From Phyllosticta citribraziliensis (Eukaryota): DNA of 64,000 nt. The position numbers were made by a program, and so were the translations under genes. The stretch spans positions 2,232,001-2,296,000 of the forward strand of contig NW_027117342.1 of assembly GCF_038025025.1 (NCBI RefSeq), given 5' to 3'. The notes beneath the pieces were generated by a model. It was given only the letters and a program-made list of their open reading frames with translations. It was not told the origin of the DNA and made no database searches. Position 1 is the first letter of the stretch, and the number at the start of each line of letters is the position of its first letter. Positions 47,751 through 58,883 of the stretch are shown one piece after another.

Positions 47751-50163
47751 TTACTGGTCCTTCTTGGACTCGGCGCTGACCGCCTGCTCAATCAGCATCC
47801 TTCCCACAGCCACCGTCTCCTTCCACCCCTTCTGCCTCGCCCAAAACTTGTCCTCGGCGCGGTTGTCGCGCAGCGTCGCCTGTCGCGCTGCTTCCTCGAG
47901 GTTCTCACGGCTCAGGTAGCCCGTGCTGCTGTTGTCGTCTTCGCGCATCTTGGGCAGCTTCTCCACCTGCTTCAAGCTCTCTTGGAAGTATCGGCTGCGT
48001 ACAATGTACCGCTGCTTACGCTCCTTTTGCCGTCCGGGCGAGTCTGTCTTTTTGATGGCTGTTTGCACGGCCCAGCGCACCGCGAGGAACAGGTGCTCCG
48101 AGAAGAATATCGACAGAAGAAGTGCCCATCCCTTGATGTCAGCAGGGGTGCCATCCGGCCCAAGGCCATCGTTCCAGAAGAGATAGACCAGGGCAGACGT
48201 CGTGATGCTGCCCAGCCAGGTCAAGAAGCTCAGGCTATCCAGCCAGGGCCCGATGGTATCGGCACGCCACGGCGTTGGACGCTGCATCTCGATGCAAATC
48301 TTGAGGGCGTCTGCTCGCAATTCGAGCCAGTTGTTACACAAGAAAGACACTGCCGTCAGAGGCCAGACGACGCTAAACAGTGACAGGTAGCCAAACTGCA
48401 CCACCATCTCACGGAGGTCGTTTTGAACATCGTAATGATCAAGCTCGGCTTCCTTGCGCACCCTGTCGAGGAAAGCGGCTTCCTCCGGAGGGTCGTTTGC
48501 CGCAATATTTGGCTTGGTGCCACCGTTCTTGGCCTTCCTTTCCGTCTGTATCTCCTTGAACTTGGCTAGGCCACGGCGCTTGAGGTAGGGCACGACAACT
48601 TCCATGCCCAAGTTGACGACTTGAGCAGTGACAGTAAAGTAAATGACTTGATTCCGCAGTCTTGAGGGGTTGATGGTCCAAGACGATGGCGTCTCAAACT
48701 GCTTGTCGTGCTCTGCAAATGGCTTGACGGTCAGGCTGAAGACATCCAGATATGGGACGATGACGCTTCCGAAGGGCACGTAAACAAAGGCCGTCAACAT
48801 GATGGGCAAATACGAGACTATAAAGTTGAGCACAAAAGTTTTCTGAACCAGAGCAGACTCATGAGATCCGTGAGTTTCGTAGTTTTCGTAATTCGTGAGC
48901 TGCGTCGCAAACTTGTTTAGAATTCCCAGAATCACAGGCTGACCCGTGCTGAGAATGAGAGTGGGCAGAAACACCTGGACAAAGTCAGCCATTACCCATC
49001 CCCGTGTTGATCACGCCGATCGACTTACCAGAATCTGCTTCAGCGGCCCGTTGTAAACCTCGGAGATGAAAATCTCGATACCAAAGCAAGTAACAATCAG
49101 ACTTCCCAGGATCAAGATTGCCATCAAGGCAAAGGGGATTTGGAGCAGCTGGCGAAGAAACCGCTTCTTCATCGGGAACACCTTGATGGTCTCGCCGGTG
49201 ACCGGGTCTTGCACCTCCTTTTCGGCCCTAAAGTCCTTGCGGTGGGAGTCAATGGCAGATACACCGCGTACACCCCAACGCACGCTCAAGTCGTACTCTT
49301 GGTGCTTCCACCATTCTGTGAAAATGATGCACCAAAGCGCGTTGACAAAGGCGTAGATTGGCGAAAAGTGGCCCAGGAGTAGCCAGCAGGAGAATCCAAA
49401 GGCGGCAGGGAAGATGAGGAAGGTAAAGTACGACTGCGTAAAGGCAAAGTAGTATGCAATCTGGGATTCCGTCAGCCGAATTGTGGTGCGAAGTTGCAGA
49501 CCGTCCTAACCTTTTCGCCAAAGCGGTTGCGGATCTCGTCCAAGTCCTCTGCCTTGAGCAGATATTGCGTGCTCCACTTCTTGATCCACTCGTGATTGTA
49601 CTTGTGGTCATGGAGAGGGAAGAGAGCGTCGACGTGTTTCCAATCGCCTTCCTTTGGTGTGATTCCTGCTCCGCCTTCGTCTTCAGGGTTCGTTATGAGC
49701 TGGTATATGATTCGCAGTCTCTCGGCTTCGGACAAGGGGTCGGACTCGAGGGCCTGGCGCGTCTCTCGGGGGGGTTCTGAGGCACGGATGCCGTGGATCC
49801 AGTCTTTGACCCTGCAGAGGGGTCAGCAAAATGAAGAAAAGCTCTGGACAATGACTCGCGTGCCTTGAGCGGTAGACCTCGCCGAACAGGTGGTCTTCGG
49901 AAGCCACCCTGCAAAATACCAGCACGGAATTGTCCTCGCCATTGCGGACCTCTGTGGCCAGTCCGACCGACGAAAGAGCTCGCACGAGCTCCTCGAACTT
50001 CGCGAGTGAAGTGTCCTTGTCTAGGCGGCGGAGTCTTAGCGCGTGTGGAGCGGCATCATGGGCCAACGAGGCTACCTTTTTCGTCAAACTTGTAGCTGAC
50101 GACATAGTCGACATCCATGTTGGTCTCGAGGGCCTTGCTACTTTCGCTTCCAGGCGCGGCCAT
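47751..50163 (-). CDS. IST2: Anoctamin/TMEM16 (Ist2-like) Ca2+-activated channel/scramblase; exons 50163-50076, 50020-49864 (GC donor), 49811-49511, 49460-49029, 48974-47751
   Basis: EAERLRIIY, LFPLHD, DEIRNRFGEK|IAYYFAF, LTNYENYET, DLREMVVQFGYLSLFSVVWPL, NNWLELRADALK, RADTIGPWL; multiple hydrophobic segments. Confidence 0.93.
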
Positions 50164-50517
50164 GGTGGGACTGCTAATGGCGTTTGCTGTGGGAGGCGTA
50201 AGCAGGTTGAGTCGTTGGTGACGGCCAGGGCCAGCTGAGGGAAGAGGTACTGAGCAGGCGGAAGAGGAAGCTTGTTTCTGGAGGAGGAGCATCCATGGGT
50301 AGGGGAGGTATGTAGGTAGTTAGGCGCGCGGGCACCTTAGCAGGGAAGGGCGTGTCACCCAGAAAGCTGCGCGGGACTTGAGCTGGCAAGTTACAGAGGG
50401 CCCCGGCCAGACACGACGTCACCGCGCTCCCAGTGTTCGTGCCGCCCTGAGGTCAACACCACCCCAACGCCATGTCTGATCGCCGTCCGCTCGCTGTCAG
50501 TGTCACGACCACCCGTG

Positions 50518-51525
50518 ATGCCCTTCAGCCTCTTCTACGCCAGCGACTCGCCCTTTGAGCCGCCCAGCATTCTCGGCCTGCTGCTCAGGACTCCCCTCAG
50601 GTTCGCCGTCTACGTCACCTATCACTTCCTAACCTCGCTGCGCACCACTCCTGCTCCGCTGTCCGCCCCGCCAGTGCGCGTCGTCTGCGTCTCCGACACG
50701 CACAATCTCAAGCAGAATATTCCTGATGGAGACGTCCTCATACATGCTGGCGACCTGACCAATGGCGGGTCTCTCTCCGAGTTGCAAGCCCAGATCGACT
50801 GGCTAAACTCGCTGCCGCACCAGCACAAGGTGGCCATCGCTGGAAACCACGACACCTATCTAGACCCGCGCTCTCGTCGTACTCTGGCCGAGGAGCATCG
50901 CAATGGCAAGCTGGACTGGAGAGACATCCATTATCTACAACACAGCTCCGTCACCTTACGTGTCCCCAACACCAAGGCCGGCTCCAACGGGCACGCCTCA
51001 ACCCACTCGCGCAGGCTGAAGATATACGGCGCCCCTCAGATCCCTGAGTGCGGTGGCCCCGAGCATGCCTTTCAATACCAGCGTGGACGAGATGCCTTCA
51101 CCGACACAGTCCCCCGGGATGTCGACATCTTGGTCACCCACACCCCTCCCAAATGGCACCGTGACCTTCCCCTCAGGAGCGGACTTGGCTGTGAGTACCT
51201 GAATCGCGAGGTCCGCCGCGTCCGCCCCGCTCTGCACGTTTTTGGCCACGTCCACGTCGAGGCGGGGAAGGAGGTAGCATGGTGGGACGAGTCCCAAAAG
51301 GCTTACGAGAAAGCGATGGCGCGGCCAGTGAGGGGATTGATCAGGGGCTTGTTCGATGTGGGCATGTGGTTCCAAATTGTCCTCGTGGCTTTTTGGGGCG
51401 TGAGAAATGTTCTGTGGGACCGAGTGTGGTGCGGCGAAGAGAAGGGCACCATCATGGTCAATGCAGGCTTGATGAAGGGGAACACGGGGAGATTGGGAAA
51501 TAAAGTTCGTTTTGTCGACATTTAA
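50518..51525 (+). CDS. Calcineurin-like metallophosphoesterase (MPPED-like), intronless
   Basis: VCVSDTH, IHAGDLT, IAGNHD, LVTHTPP and HVFGHVH metal-binding motifs. Confidence 0.9.
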   Translation: MPFSLFYASDSPFEPPSILGLLLRTPLRFAVYVTYHFLTSLRTTPAPLSAPPVRVVCVSDTHNLKQNIPDGDVLIHAGDLTNGGSLSELQAQIDWLNSLPHQHKVAIAGNHDTYLDPRSRRTLAEEHRNGKLDWRDIHYLQHSSVTLRVPNTKAGSNGHASTHSRRLKIYGAPQIPECGGPEHAFQYQRGRDAFTDTVPRDVDILVTHTPPKWHRDLPLRSGLGCEYLNREVRRVRPALHVFGHVHVEAGKEVAWWDESQKAYEKAMARPVRGLIRGLFDVGMWFQIVLVAFWGVRNVLWDRVWCGEEKGTIMVNAGLMKGNTGRLGNKVRFVDI

Positions 51526-52047
51526 AGACATAGAAATAGACGCCTCGGGGCATAGGGGGTGCTTTGGGTTATAAGATTGCTGTGGGTAGACACGGGACAG
51601 AAAAAGAGCGTCCAATTTCTCTCTACTGTACTATGAGATCTTGCTGTGGATAATTCCAGGACTCTGCAGTCCCAAAATCGCATAGAATATAACGACTTGG
51701 AAGACTTGGAGAAGTCTTGCTGCCTCTCGGTTCTGCTCCCCTTGGCCACAGATACGTCGGTTGACACCCTCTGCTTCTAGCTCCCACTCTCACACTGTCC
51801 CGTATGTGCTGTGGTCTACTTCTCTGCTACCATCGCGCCATAATCCTAGGCGCATCATCATGACCATCATTCACAGATCGGAGCATTGGAGCCAAATTCT
51901 GTCTTTCCGTGCGCGCTCAAATTGCCAATTGTTGGCCAAAAAACAGCTTAGGAATCGGACATCCCGACCTTATGGCCAGTCTCTATATGTGAATCTCATG
52001 CTCCATCCTCGCCAAAAAACCACCTTCATATGACTCTGAACCACCAT

Positions 52048-53113
52048 TCAAACAGTATCTCTCCTCCCCGCGGCCACTCCCACCAAACCAGGTCCCCCAA
52101 CACCCACATTGCACAGCCCATTCCTCTTCAAGCCCTCACTCCGAAGTCGACACCAATCGCACGCGCCGCACTCGCACTGCAGCTGCGCCATCGCCGGTAC
52201 GCCATGCTCTACTTCACTTTCCGCCGCCTGCCGTTGCCCCTCTTGCCGTTCGTCTGGTCCATGGCTCTGGTGCTGGTCGTTTCGGTCATGATGATGCTGC
52301 TGGCTGTGGTCAGCGGCGTGCTGCCCACCACGCCACAAGCCCAACTTGGCCAGCCCAGCGGACAGTTTGCGGAGTCCTGCACTGCTGCGGCGACGATGCG
52401 CGTCTGCCATGGCGCCAGTGGTCACTGCCGAGGAGTTGGCAGTGGCGGCGGCGTCGAAGTGGGCTGCCAACGGCTGCGCCGTCGGAGAAGAAGAAGGAGA
52501 TGGCGAGTGGCGCGTCGTCAGAGGAGCGGAGGCGGGGGCGGGCAAAAAGCCAGGAGAGTGGTGGAGGGCAGAGTTGGCGGCGCTGGCGCGGCGCGAGTGG
52601 ATGGAACTGTGCACGGCAGGCTGTTGGGTTTCCGGGTGGGCTTGTTCGTTGATGGTAGTCGTTATGATTGTCGTGGCAGTGATTCCGGGGTTAGTTTCGG
52701 GTGACGCACCGGTGGTGGTCGTAGTCGTAGTGGAGGCCGAGGTGGCGGTTGGCGGTGGCAGATGAAGATTGCCGCTGTCGAACGTGACTGGGTCGGGCTT
52801 TGTTGCGACGGGTTTGATTAGGGGAGATGTGTGTGGTGAGGAGCTGATTTCGGCAGGTGGAGAGGGCGAAGTCGAGGCAAGAAATTGAGCCTTTGTGTGT
52901 TGGTGCATGATGCTGCAATATCTTCTCGTCAGTATATGACATGCAATTCAATCTCAAAGAGATGGTGTACAAGGAGATACTTTGTGTTCTCGCCTACTTC
53001 TGTTCTCCTGAGTAGGTTGTGCACACTCACCGGGTGTATGTCAAAACGTCCATGGCCGCAATCGTGCAGGCCGGTCCGTTAACTTTCAAGTACGTCGAAT
53101 CTTGGAACTCCAT
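52048..53113 (-). CDS. Hypothetical Ser/Thr/Pro/Ala-rich protein; exons 53113-53031, 52912-52048
   Basis: AAAATGG start, GTGAGT donor at 53030, ACTGAC branch and CAG acceptor at 52913 join MEFQDSTYLKVNGPACTIAAMDVLTYTR to IMHQHTKAQ in frame with the 286-aa ORF. Confidence 0.65.
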
Positions 53114-53194
53114 TTTGAAGAGTGCCAGCAAGACTAATATCTCGTTGCCTCGGTGCCAGACCGACGGCACAGTGGAAACGAAAAAGTTGGTCAG

Positions 53195-53222
53195 GGTGGT
53201 GGTGGTGGTGGTGGTGGTGGTG
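53195..53222 (+). repeat. (GGT)n trinucleotide microsatellite, about 9 copies
   Basis: Read directly. Confidence 0.85.
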
Positions 53223-53873
53223 CTCTGTCATTCATGGCCCAGCCGGCCTTTTCTAATATTCCCACCCGCGACGTATCCACCAGCCTGGAGCGCATCAAGA
53301 CATATGATGTCGTCTTGGAAATCATCTTTCCACGTCGCCCAGTTTTCGGGCAGGGTCGAATGTCATCTGCCAAGAGCCGTTTGTGGCGCCCGGTCTATTT
53401 GCTGCGTTCAGAAAGGACTTGCGCGCGTGACATCAAGTCTCTGCTGAAGACTGGCTTTGTCCTCTCTATCCACGCGCTACACAAGTCTTGGAACGTCGAA
53501 TTTTGAGCCGGGGAAGGTAGTCTATGTCGATGGCCTAGACATTTTCTTTGTTGAAAATTCGAAGTCTTGCTGTTTGCGAACTTGGGGCGGCTTGGGCCGT
53601 GAGAGAATCGCAAGCACTGCCCTACCAGGCCGCGACAACAGAAAGCCAGAACAGTCCCTTGGCTAGAGTACATCAGTGGCTCATTGTCGGTGGCTATTGC
53701 ATCGGTTGGTTTTGGGTATTGTGAAGCAGACAAAAGACGGAGCGGACTATAAGTGGACACAAGAGGTGTCTTGCTTTAGACGAGTTTTCACTTCTACTTA
53801 CATTGTGGCCCTGTTGGAATCTGAACACTGTTCATACGGTCCAAAATTCTTGTTTTGATAAGCAACCAAGACA

Positions 53874-54584
53874 ATGTTGTCTCTTAAGCTCTTCGCCTTG
53901 TTGGTCACGACTTTCACAGCCAGTGTGCTTGCACAAGTCCAATTTGGAGATCTTCCTGCTTGCGTGGTATGTCAGTCCTTGGTCTGGAGATATGTTTGCT
54001 GAACGTTTTTACAGAAGAGTTCCATCCTTGGCTATGTGGGACAAGGCAATTGTGATGTTGTCGACACAAATTGCATTTGTGAAAATGCTGCCATCATCGA
54101 TTTCATTGGAAAGGCGGTCGGGGCGACTTGCGACAAAGCGGATATTGCAAGTAGGTCGATGATTAGAATAGCCTTGTTCCCATGTCTAATGCTGATGGAT
54201 GCTTCAGAGCTGGTAGCGTTCGCGGAGCAGCTGTGTCCGAAGCTTCAGACGACCACCTATGACCCAATCCACAGTACGACCATCATTTTTCGAGGAGTCG
54301 GCGGATCATCCACAACCACTGCACAATCGTCGAGCTTGACTTCGACGAGCGGGTCAGTAGTTTCTACTTCCCCGACTTTGACATTTTCTCTTCTTTCGTC
54401 GACTCCCACGACCACGGCAACTTCATCGACAACAGCCACACCGACGACCAACACGACCACAAATGGAACAACACCCTCGCCTTTCCCTGGAGGAGCGTCT
54501 CAGCAACCAGAGTTTGGACTGACGAGACTGGTCTCGATGGTTATTGGCATCGTCCTGATGGGCATGATTTTTGCGGACTTGTGA
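53874..54584 (+). CDS. Secreted, probably GPI-anchored CFEM-domain protein; exons 53874-53966, 54015-54150, 54208-54584
   Basis: Signal peptide MLSLKLFALLVTTFTASVLAQ; LPAC...CDVVDTNCICEN...TCDKAD...LC CFEM-like spacing; Ser/Thr-rich stalk; PFPGGA followed by a hydrophobic C-terminal tail. Confidence 0.85.
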
Positions 54585-54947
54585 TTCGGCCGCAGGCAAG
54601 GAATTCCCGGGTCGCCCATATGTGGAGGATTTAATTGGAGTGTGTCATTGTGGGTTGATACTTGGAAATTTTGGGATTGATGGTTCAGGTTCTTGGGTAT
54701 CTTAAATCTGGTGACAATTATGGTACATCAGTAAGCTCTTTAAGAGTTTGTCCGCGTACCATCTTAGCAACCTTATCATCAATGTGACTTATCCGACGGG
54801 CACTACCTACCTGCAAAATTATTAGCGTCATGATCAGTCGATTGATATATGACTCGGTCATCCGAACCATGCTTGTATCCCATCATGTCTGCCCTCTATC
54901 CCCAAAGACCATGGCATGATCCTTTCTGCACCTCCATGGCAGCGACC

Positions 54948-56403
54948 TTAGGCGAATTCTCTGCTTTCTCCAATATCGCACACGTCAAAAACGCCTTCTT
55001 CAGGTATACCGCTGCCCGATAGAGCCTTTTTAAGAAGCCTTGCAGGCTCCAGGACGTCTTCTTCTGTCAAAACCCAGGTGCCTGCCAGTGATGTTAGCTT
55101 TTCGAATGCTCCTCGAGGAGATCGAGGAACCGACCCCAATGCATCGAAAGCGCTTGCTTGCATTTCGTGTCGAGAAAAATGTTGACGCTGTCAAAAGGAT
55201 TCGCATGCATAGGAGACATGACGGATCTAGGCTCATAGGCGCCGATTGGAATCAACCCAAGGTCGAAAGGCCCGCGCAGATCACCAATTTGCTTGAAAGC
55301 AGGGCAACGAGGGAGCTCAGCATATTTGGCGCCGTAATCGTCTTCACCCCGAGGAAGATCGGGGACAGCGCGGTAGCCAGTGTCACTGTTATGGTTAGAA
55401 AATCCTCTTTCTCAAAATGGTCCAACTGTCTTACCCAGCAAACCACACCTTCTTGCCTCCACTGGTGATGCTCCACGATGACCACAGCGTGTGGTTTTTA
55501 TCAAAGAGACTCCTCGCGGCCGTATGCTGGCAAGGGAGGCATTCAATAGTTGCCGAGATATTTTCTGCAGCAGGTCGAGTCCCTGCTTCTACTACTTCCG
55601 CACCACCGCTCTGGTGACCTTCTTTCGTGTCCACTTTAGAAAGATGGACGTCCTTGGCCTCCCACCAGTCCAGCTCAATTGCGTTGTGTATCCCAGAATC
55701 GACAAACCACTTTTTGTTCCCCAGAGGCGCAAAAAAGTGCGCGTTCGGGTGGAGTTCCTTGATTTTCATGACCGTCGGGTAGGACAAGTGATCGTAATGC
55801 GCGTGAGAGATCACGACGAGGTCGATAGCGGGAATGTCTTCGATTGGACAAGGAGGATCCGTGAATCGCTTTGGCCCCATGAAGGAGAATGGAGAACACC
55901 TTGGTTCGAATACAGGGTCGAACAGCACGCGCAATCCGCCGGGAAATTCAACGTAGTAGCAGGCATGTCCAAGCCAGGTCGAACGAAGCTGGGGAGTCTC
56001 GCGAGAGGGCAGGAAAGATGGCTTGCGAACTGGTACGGTCGGAGGAGTGGTATCTGGAGTATTCGCATTGCCGCTAATTCTTCTCCTGAGAACATGATTA
56101 GCAGGCGGGACTCGTTGAACGCGTAAGGATAGCACACCAAGTCATGGTGCGAAGGATTTCAAAAACCGTCATGTTCCGCCATGATTCCCAGGGATTGACG
56201 AAGCCCTTCCCAGCCTTGGCGTGATGAGCCTTGTCCTGAACATCCTCTGGAACAGCACCGGTCAGCTGAGCAGCGGAGACGACGGTCGCATAGAGGGCAG
56301 CGCTCGTCGAGGCAGAGGACATTTTGGCAGAGCTGTGGTAATGCTTGCAAAAGTTCCAATGGTGCTTGGAGGAGCGGAGAAAGGAACGAAGGGACCACAA
56401 CAT
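54948..56403 (-). CDS. FMP30: NAPE-hydrolysing phospholipase D (metallo-beta-lactamase fold, Fmp30-like); exons 56403 (or 56322)-56138, 56085-55435, 55385-55135, 55081-54948
   Basis: [27 protein letters not shown] zinc motif, [38 protein letters not shown]. Confidence 0.9.
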
Positions 56404-57017
56404 CGGGCCAAGGAAGGGAAGGGCGTTATATGCTGGTCAGACAACGAGGCGCAATGCAGCCAGGCAGCAAAGGAACGGAATAGTAAACCAGGGCGTGTTT
56501 ATTCGTTGTCCAGTCGGACGCTGGATCCTCCGCCGGGGCGATAAACGAGCCGAACTCCATGGTTAACTCCGGGCCTGGATGCTAAAAGCCGTGTGTGGCT
56601 CATCTGGGACAAGGGAGGGTTGATGATTTGGAGGAAGCATTCCAGCTTCCGTGGGCCAGAAAGCTTGGGACCATTCAAGCTCCAATATTCGGACATCGGT
56701 AATGGGTTCTGCAGCGATGCTGTCACCAAGTCTCGCCTTCCGTCGCTGTCCTGCGGATGCCAGATGGCGGATGTAGAGGAACGACACAAGCGACAGCAAG
56801 ACACGACCTTATCTTTAAGCTTCTTCGAAACCCATCCCGACTTCGCTGCTCGACGACGAGGATCCTTGTACCCCACAGTCGATCTCGCGCCCACGTGAAG
56901 CGCGTTCCGTCTGGTGCCGCAAAGCGGTTCCTTCGTTTATCCTAGTCCCTAGCCCAGGGCTCCGCATTCACCTGGAACGTCATCCCTCTGTCAACACCTA
57001 GGAGCCCTTCATCAACC

Positions 57018-57461
57018 ATGGCAGCACCCGAAGCCAGTGACTGGGACGAGGCCCGCTGCGCCGCAGCTCTGGCCTCGCTCGAAAGGCTTCAATCCCAGGT
57101 ACGCCATCCGTCGTTGCAACAATGTCCCAATCTAACACAACCACTCCAGCTTGACGACCTTCGTCTCGGCATCCCCTCCATCCTGACGCCTTTGAAAACA
57201 CTGCATCAGTCTCCAGAAGCAATGTTCCGCGACTTCAAAGACTCGGCGACCGCCGTGTCCGTGGCCCTGGCGAACTTCAAAAACGACTGGAAAAGCGAAG
57301 ACATTCAGCGGCTGCTGCATCATGCACGAGAGAGCGAGAAGAACAACCCAGATTTGAGTCAAGGCGTGCATGTTCCCAAATATGGATGGGTCGAGGCTGC
57401 CCAGAAGCTGGAGCAATCTCAAATTAAAGAAGGGGAAGCACTAGAAAAAACCACTAGTTGA
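57018..57461 (+). CDS. Small helical protein resembling the N-terminal part of fungal Mediator subunit Med27; exons 57018-57098, 57150-57461
   Basis: CAACCATGG start; GTACGC...CTAAC...CAG intron; WDEARCAAALASLERLQSQLDDLRLGIP. The family resemblance is recalled, not searched. Confidence 0.7.
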   Translation: MAAPEASDWDEARCAAALASLERLQSQVRHPSLQQCPNLTQPLQLDDLRLGIPSILTPLKTLHQSPEAMFRDFKDSATAVSVALANFKNDWKSEDIQRLLHHARESEKNNPDLSQGVHVPKYGWVEAAQKLEQSQIKEGEALEKTTS

Positions 57462-57699
57462 ACGGACAAGGCCTTGCTGAACATCGAGACGGCAAATTTT
57501 GCGGAACACGCCCGCCGGGCATGATACACCAAACATGCCATACATACGGGAACCCTCGCGCCGCATGCTAGGAGAAAGGAACAGCCAGCCCTCCATTATC
57601 CCCTCTTGAACCGCCCCGAGTCCATCTCGGCACCTCACCATCGGAGACACCGAATACCAGATTATCGAATGAGAGGGACTTCAATCGCAAGGGAGAGCA

Positions 57700-58254
57700 T
57701 CATGAGAGGTGTATGGATGCGGGGCCAAGATGTTCCCTCTGGAGCCAGTATTGGACTCTCTGACGACGGACGGAGTCGCGAAAGGCAGATTGTGCGTTCT
57801 GCGTACTTTGCCACTCGGTATCGGCAAAGACTGTCCCGCTCTTTGAGCTACTTTTGCTGGTGCCTGTACCAAGCCCGCTCCCCAACGAGAATGTCATGTC
57901 CGAATTAGGGTTTGTGGTGTCTCCTGTTCCTCGCGACCGAGGATTCGAGATGGGACGAATGTCTTTTGAAGCTTTTCGGCTCTCAATCTGGATGGCTGGC
58001 CCGCGTCCTGTCAGGAGATCGAGCCATCGCCCCAAAACGGAGTCGCTTCTGCCCTCTCGGTGCCAAACCCAGACATGTTGAGTCTGAGCGGGAGGATGCG
58101 GTTGGTTTCTCAATATCGATTGCGTTTTCCTTGGTCTGCATTGATTTTTTGTTGCTGAGGTTTCGCTGGAGCTGTCTTCACTTTGATCGTCAAGCTGGAT
58201 GATGTTGTGACAAACGTCTCCACGCTCTGCGGCGTACTCGGAGTAGTAAGGCAT
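57700..58254 (-). CDS. Hypothetical protein (~184 aa)
   Basis: CAAAATG start context; ORF with a Trp-rich segment VWVWHREGRSDSVLGRWLDLLTGRGP; no domain recognised. Confidence 0.45.
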   Translation of the reverse strand: MPYYSEYAAERGDVCHNIIQLDDQSEDSSSETSATKNQCRPRKTQSILRNQPHPPAQTQHVWVWHREGRSDSVLGRWLDLLTGRGPAIQIESRKASKDIRPISNPRSRGTGDTTNPNSDMTFSLGSGLGTGTSKSSSKSGTVFADTEWQSTQNAQSAFRDSVRRQRVQYWLQREHLGPASIHLS

Positions 58255-58883
58255 TTTGATAGAGAATGAAGCCCACAAGATTTGGTAGACTTGATGTCAC
58301 GAAGGGGGAAATGGACTGCAACAGCCCGGGGGCAGTTCGTTTCTTAGCATATATGTATTCCTTGCGTCGCGTAAGAGCAAACGCCAGTTGATCCAATCAG
58401 AACCACCTTCGATTTCTACCTTGGTAGCAGCCTCGTTTCCGCTCGCAAGGCTCAGAGATCTACCGATGTGGAACTCAAACGGTCATGAAATATGTTCCGA
58501 GCTTGAAATAACCGCTAGCTTGGGGGTTTGATGGAAGAGAATAGTGACATCCTAGTGCAGACAGACGAGGGCTCCTTGGTCATCGCGAGACCTCTCGATG
58601 AATCCAAACGAGTCTGCCCTCACGCAGACAGAAATTGCAACATCAGGCATCTGAATCGCTTCCCTTACATTTTCTACCCCTCCTTAACCACTCCATACCA
58701 GTGCGTTGTTAGGTGCTGCTCGCTCTTGGCATCGAGCTCCAAACGACGCTAGTGTTGATCCGAAAGATCGTGCCAAAACATCGCGCGTCAACTTTCAAGC
58801 TTACCACCTCCAACTGCCACCCGGCGCGACTCCTGCGCACCATCACCCGCCACCTTTCTCGGAATCCCCTACAAACGCGCGGG

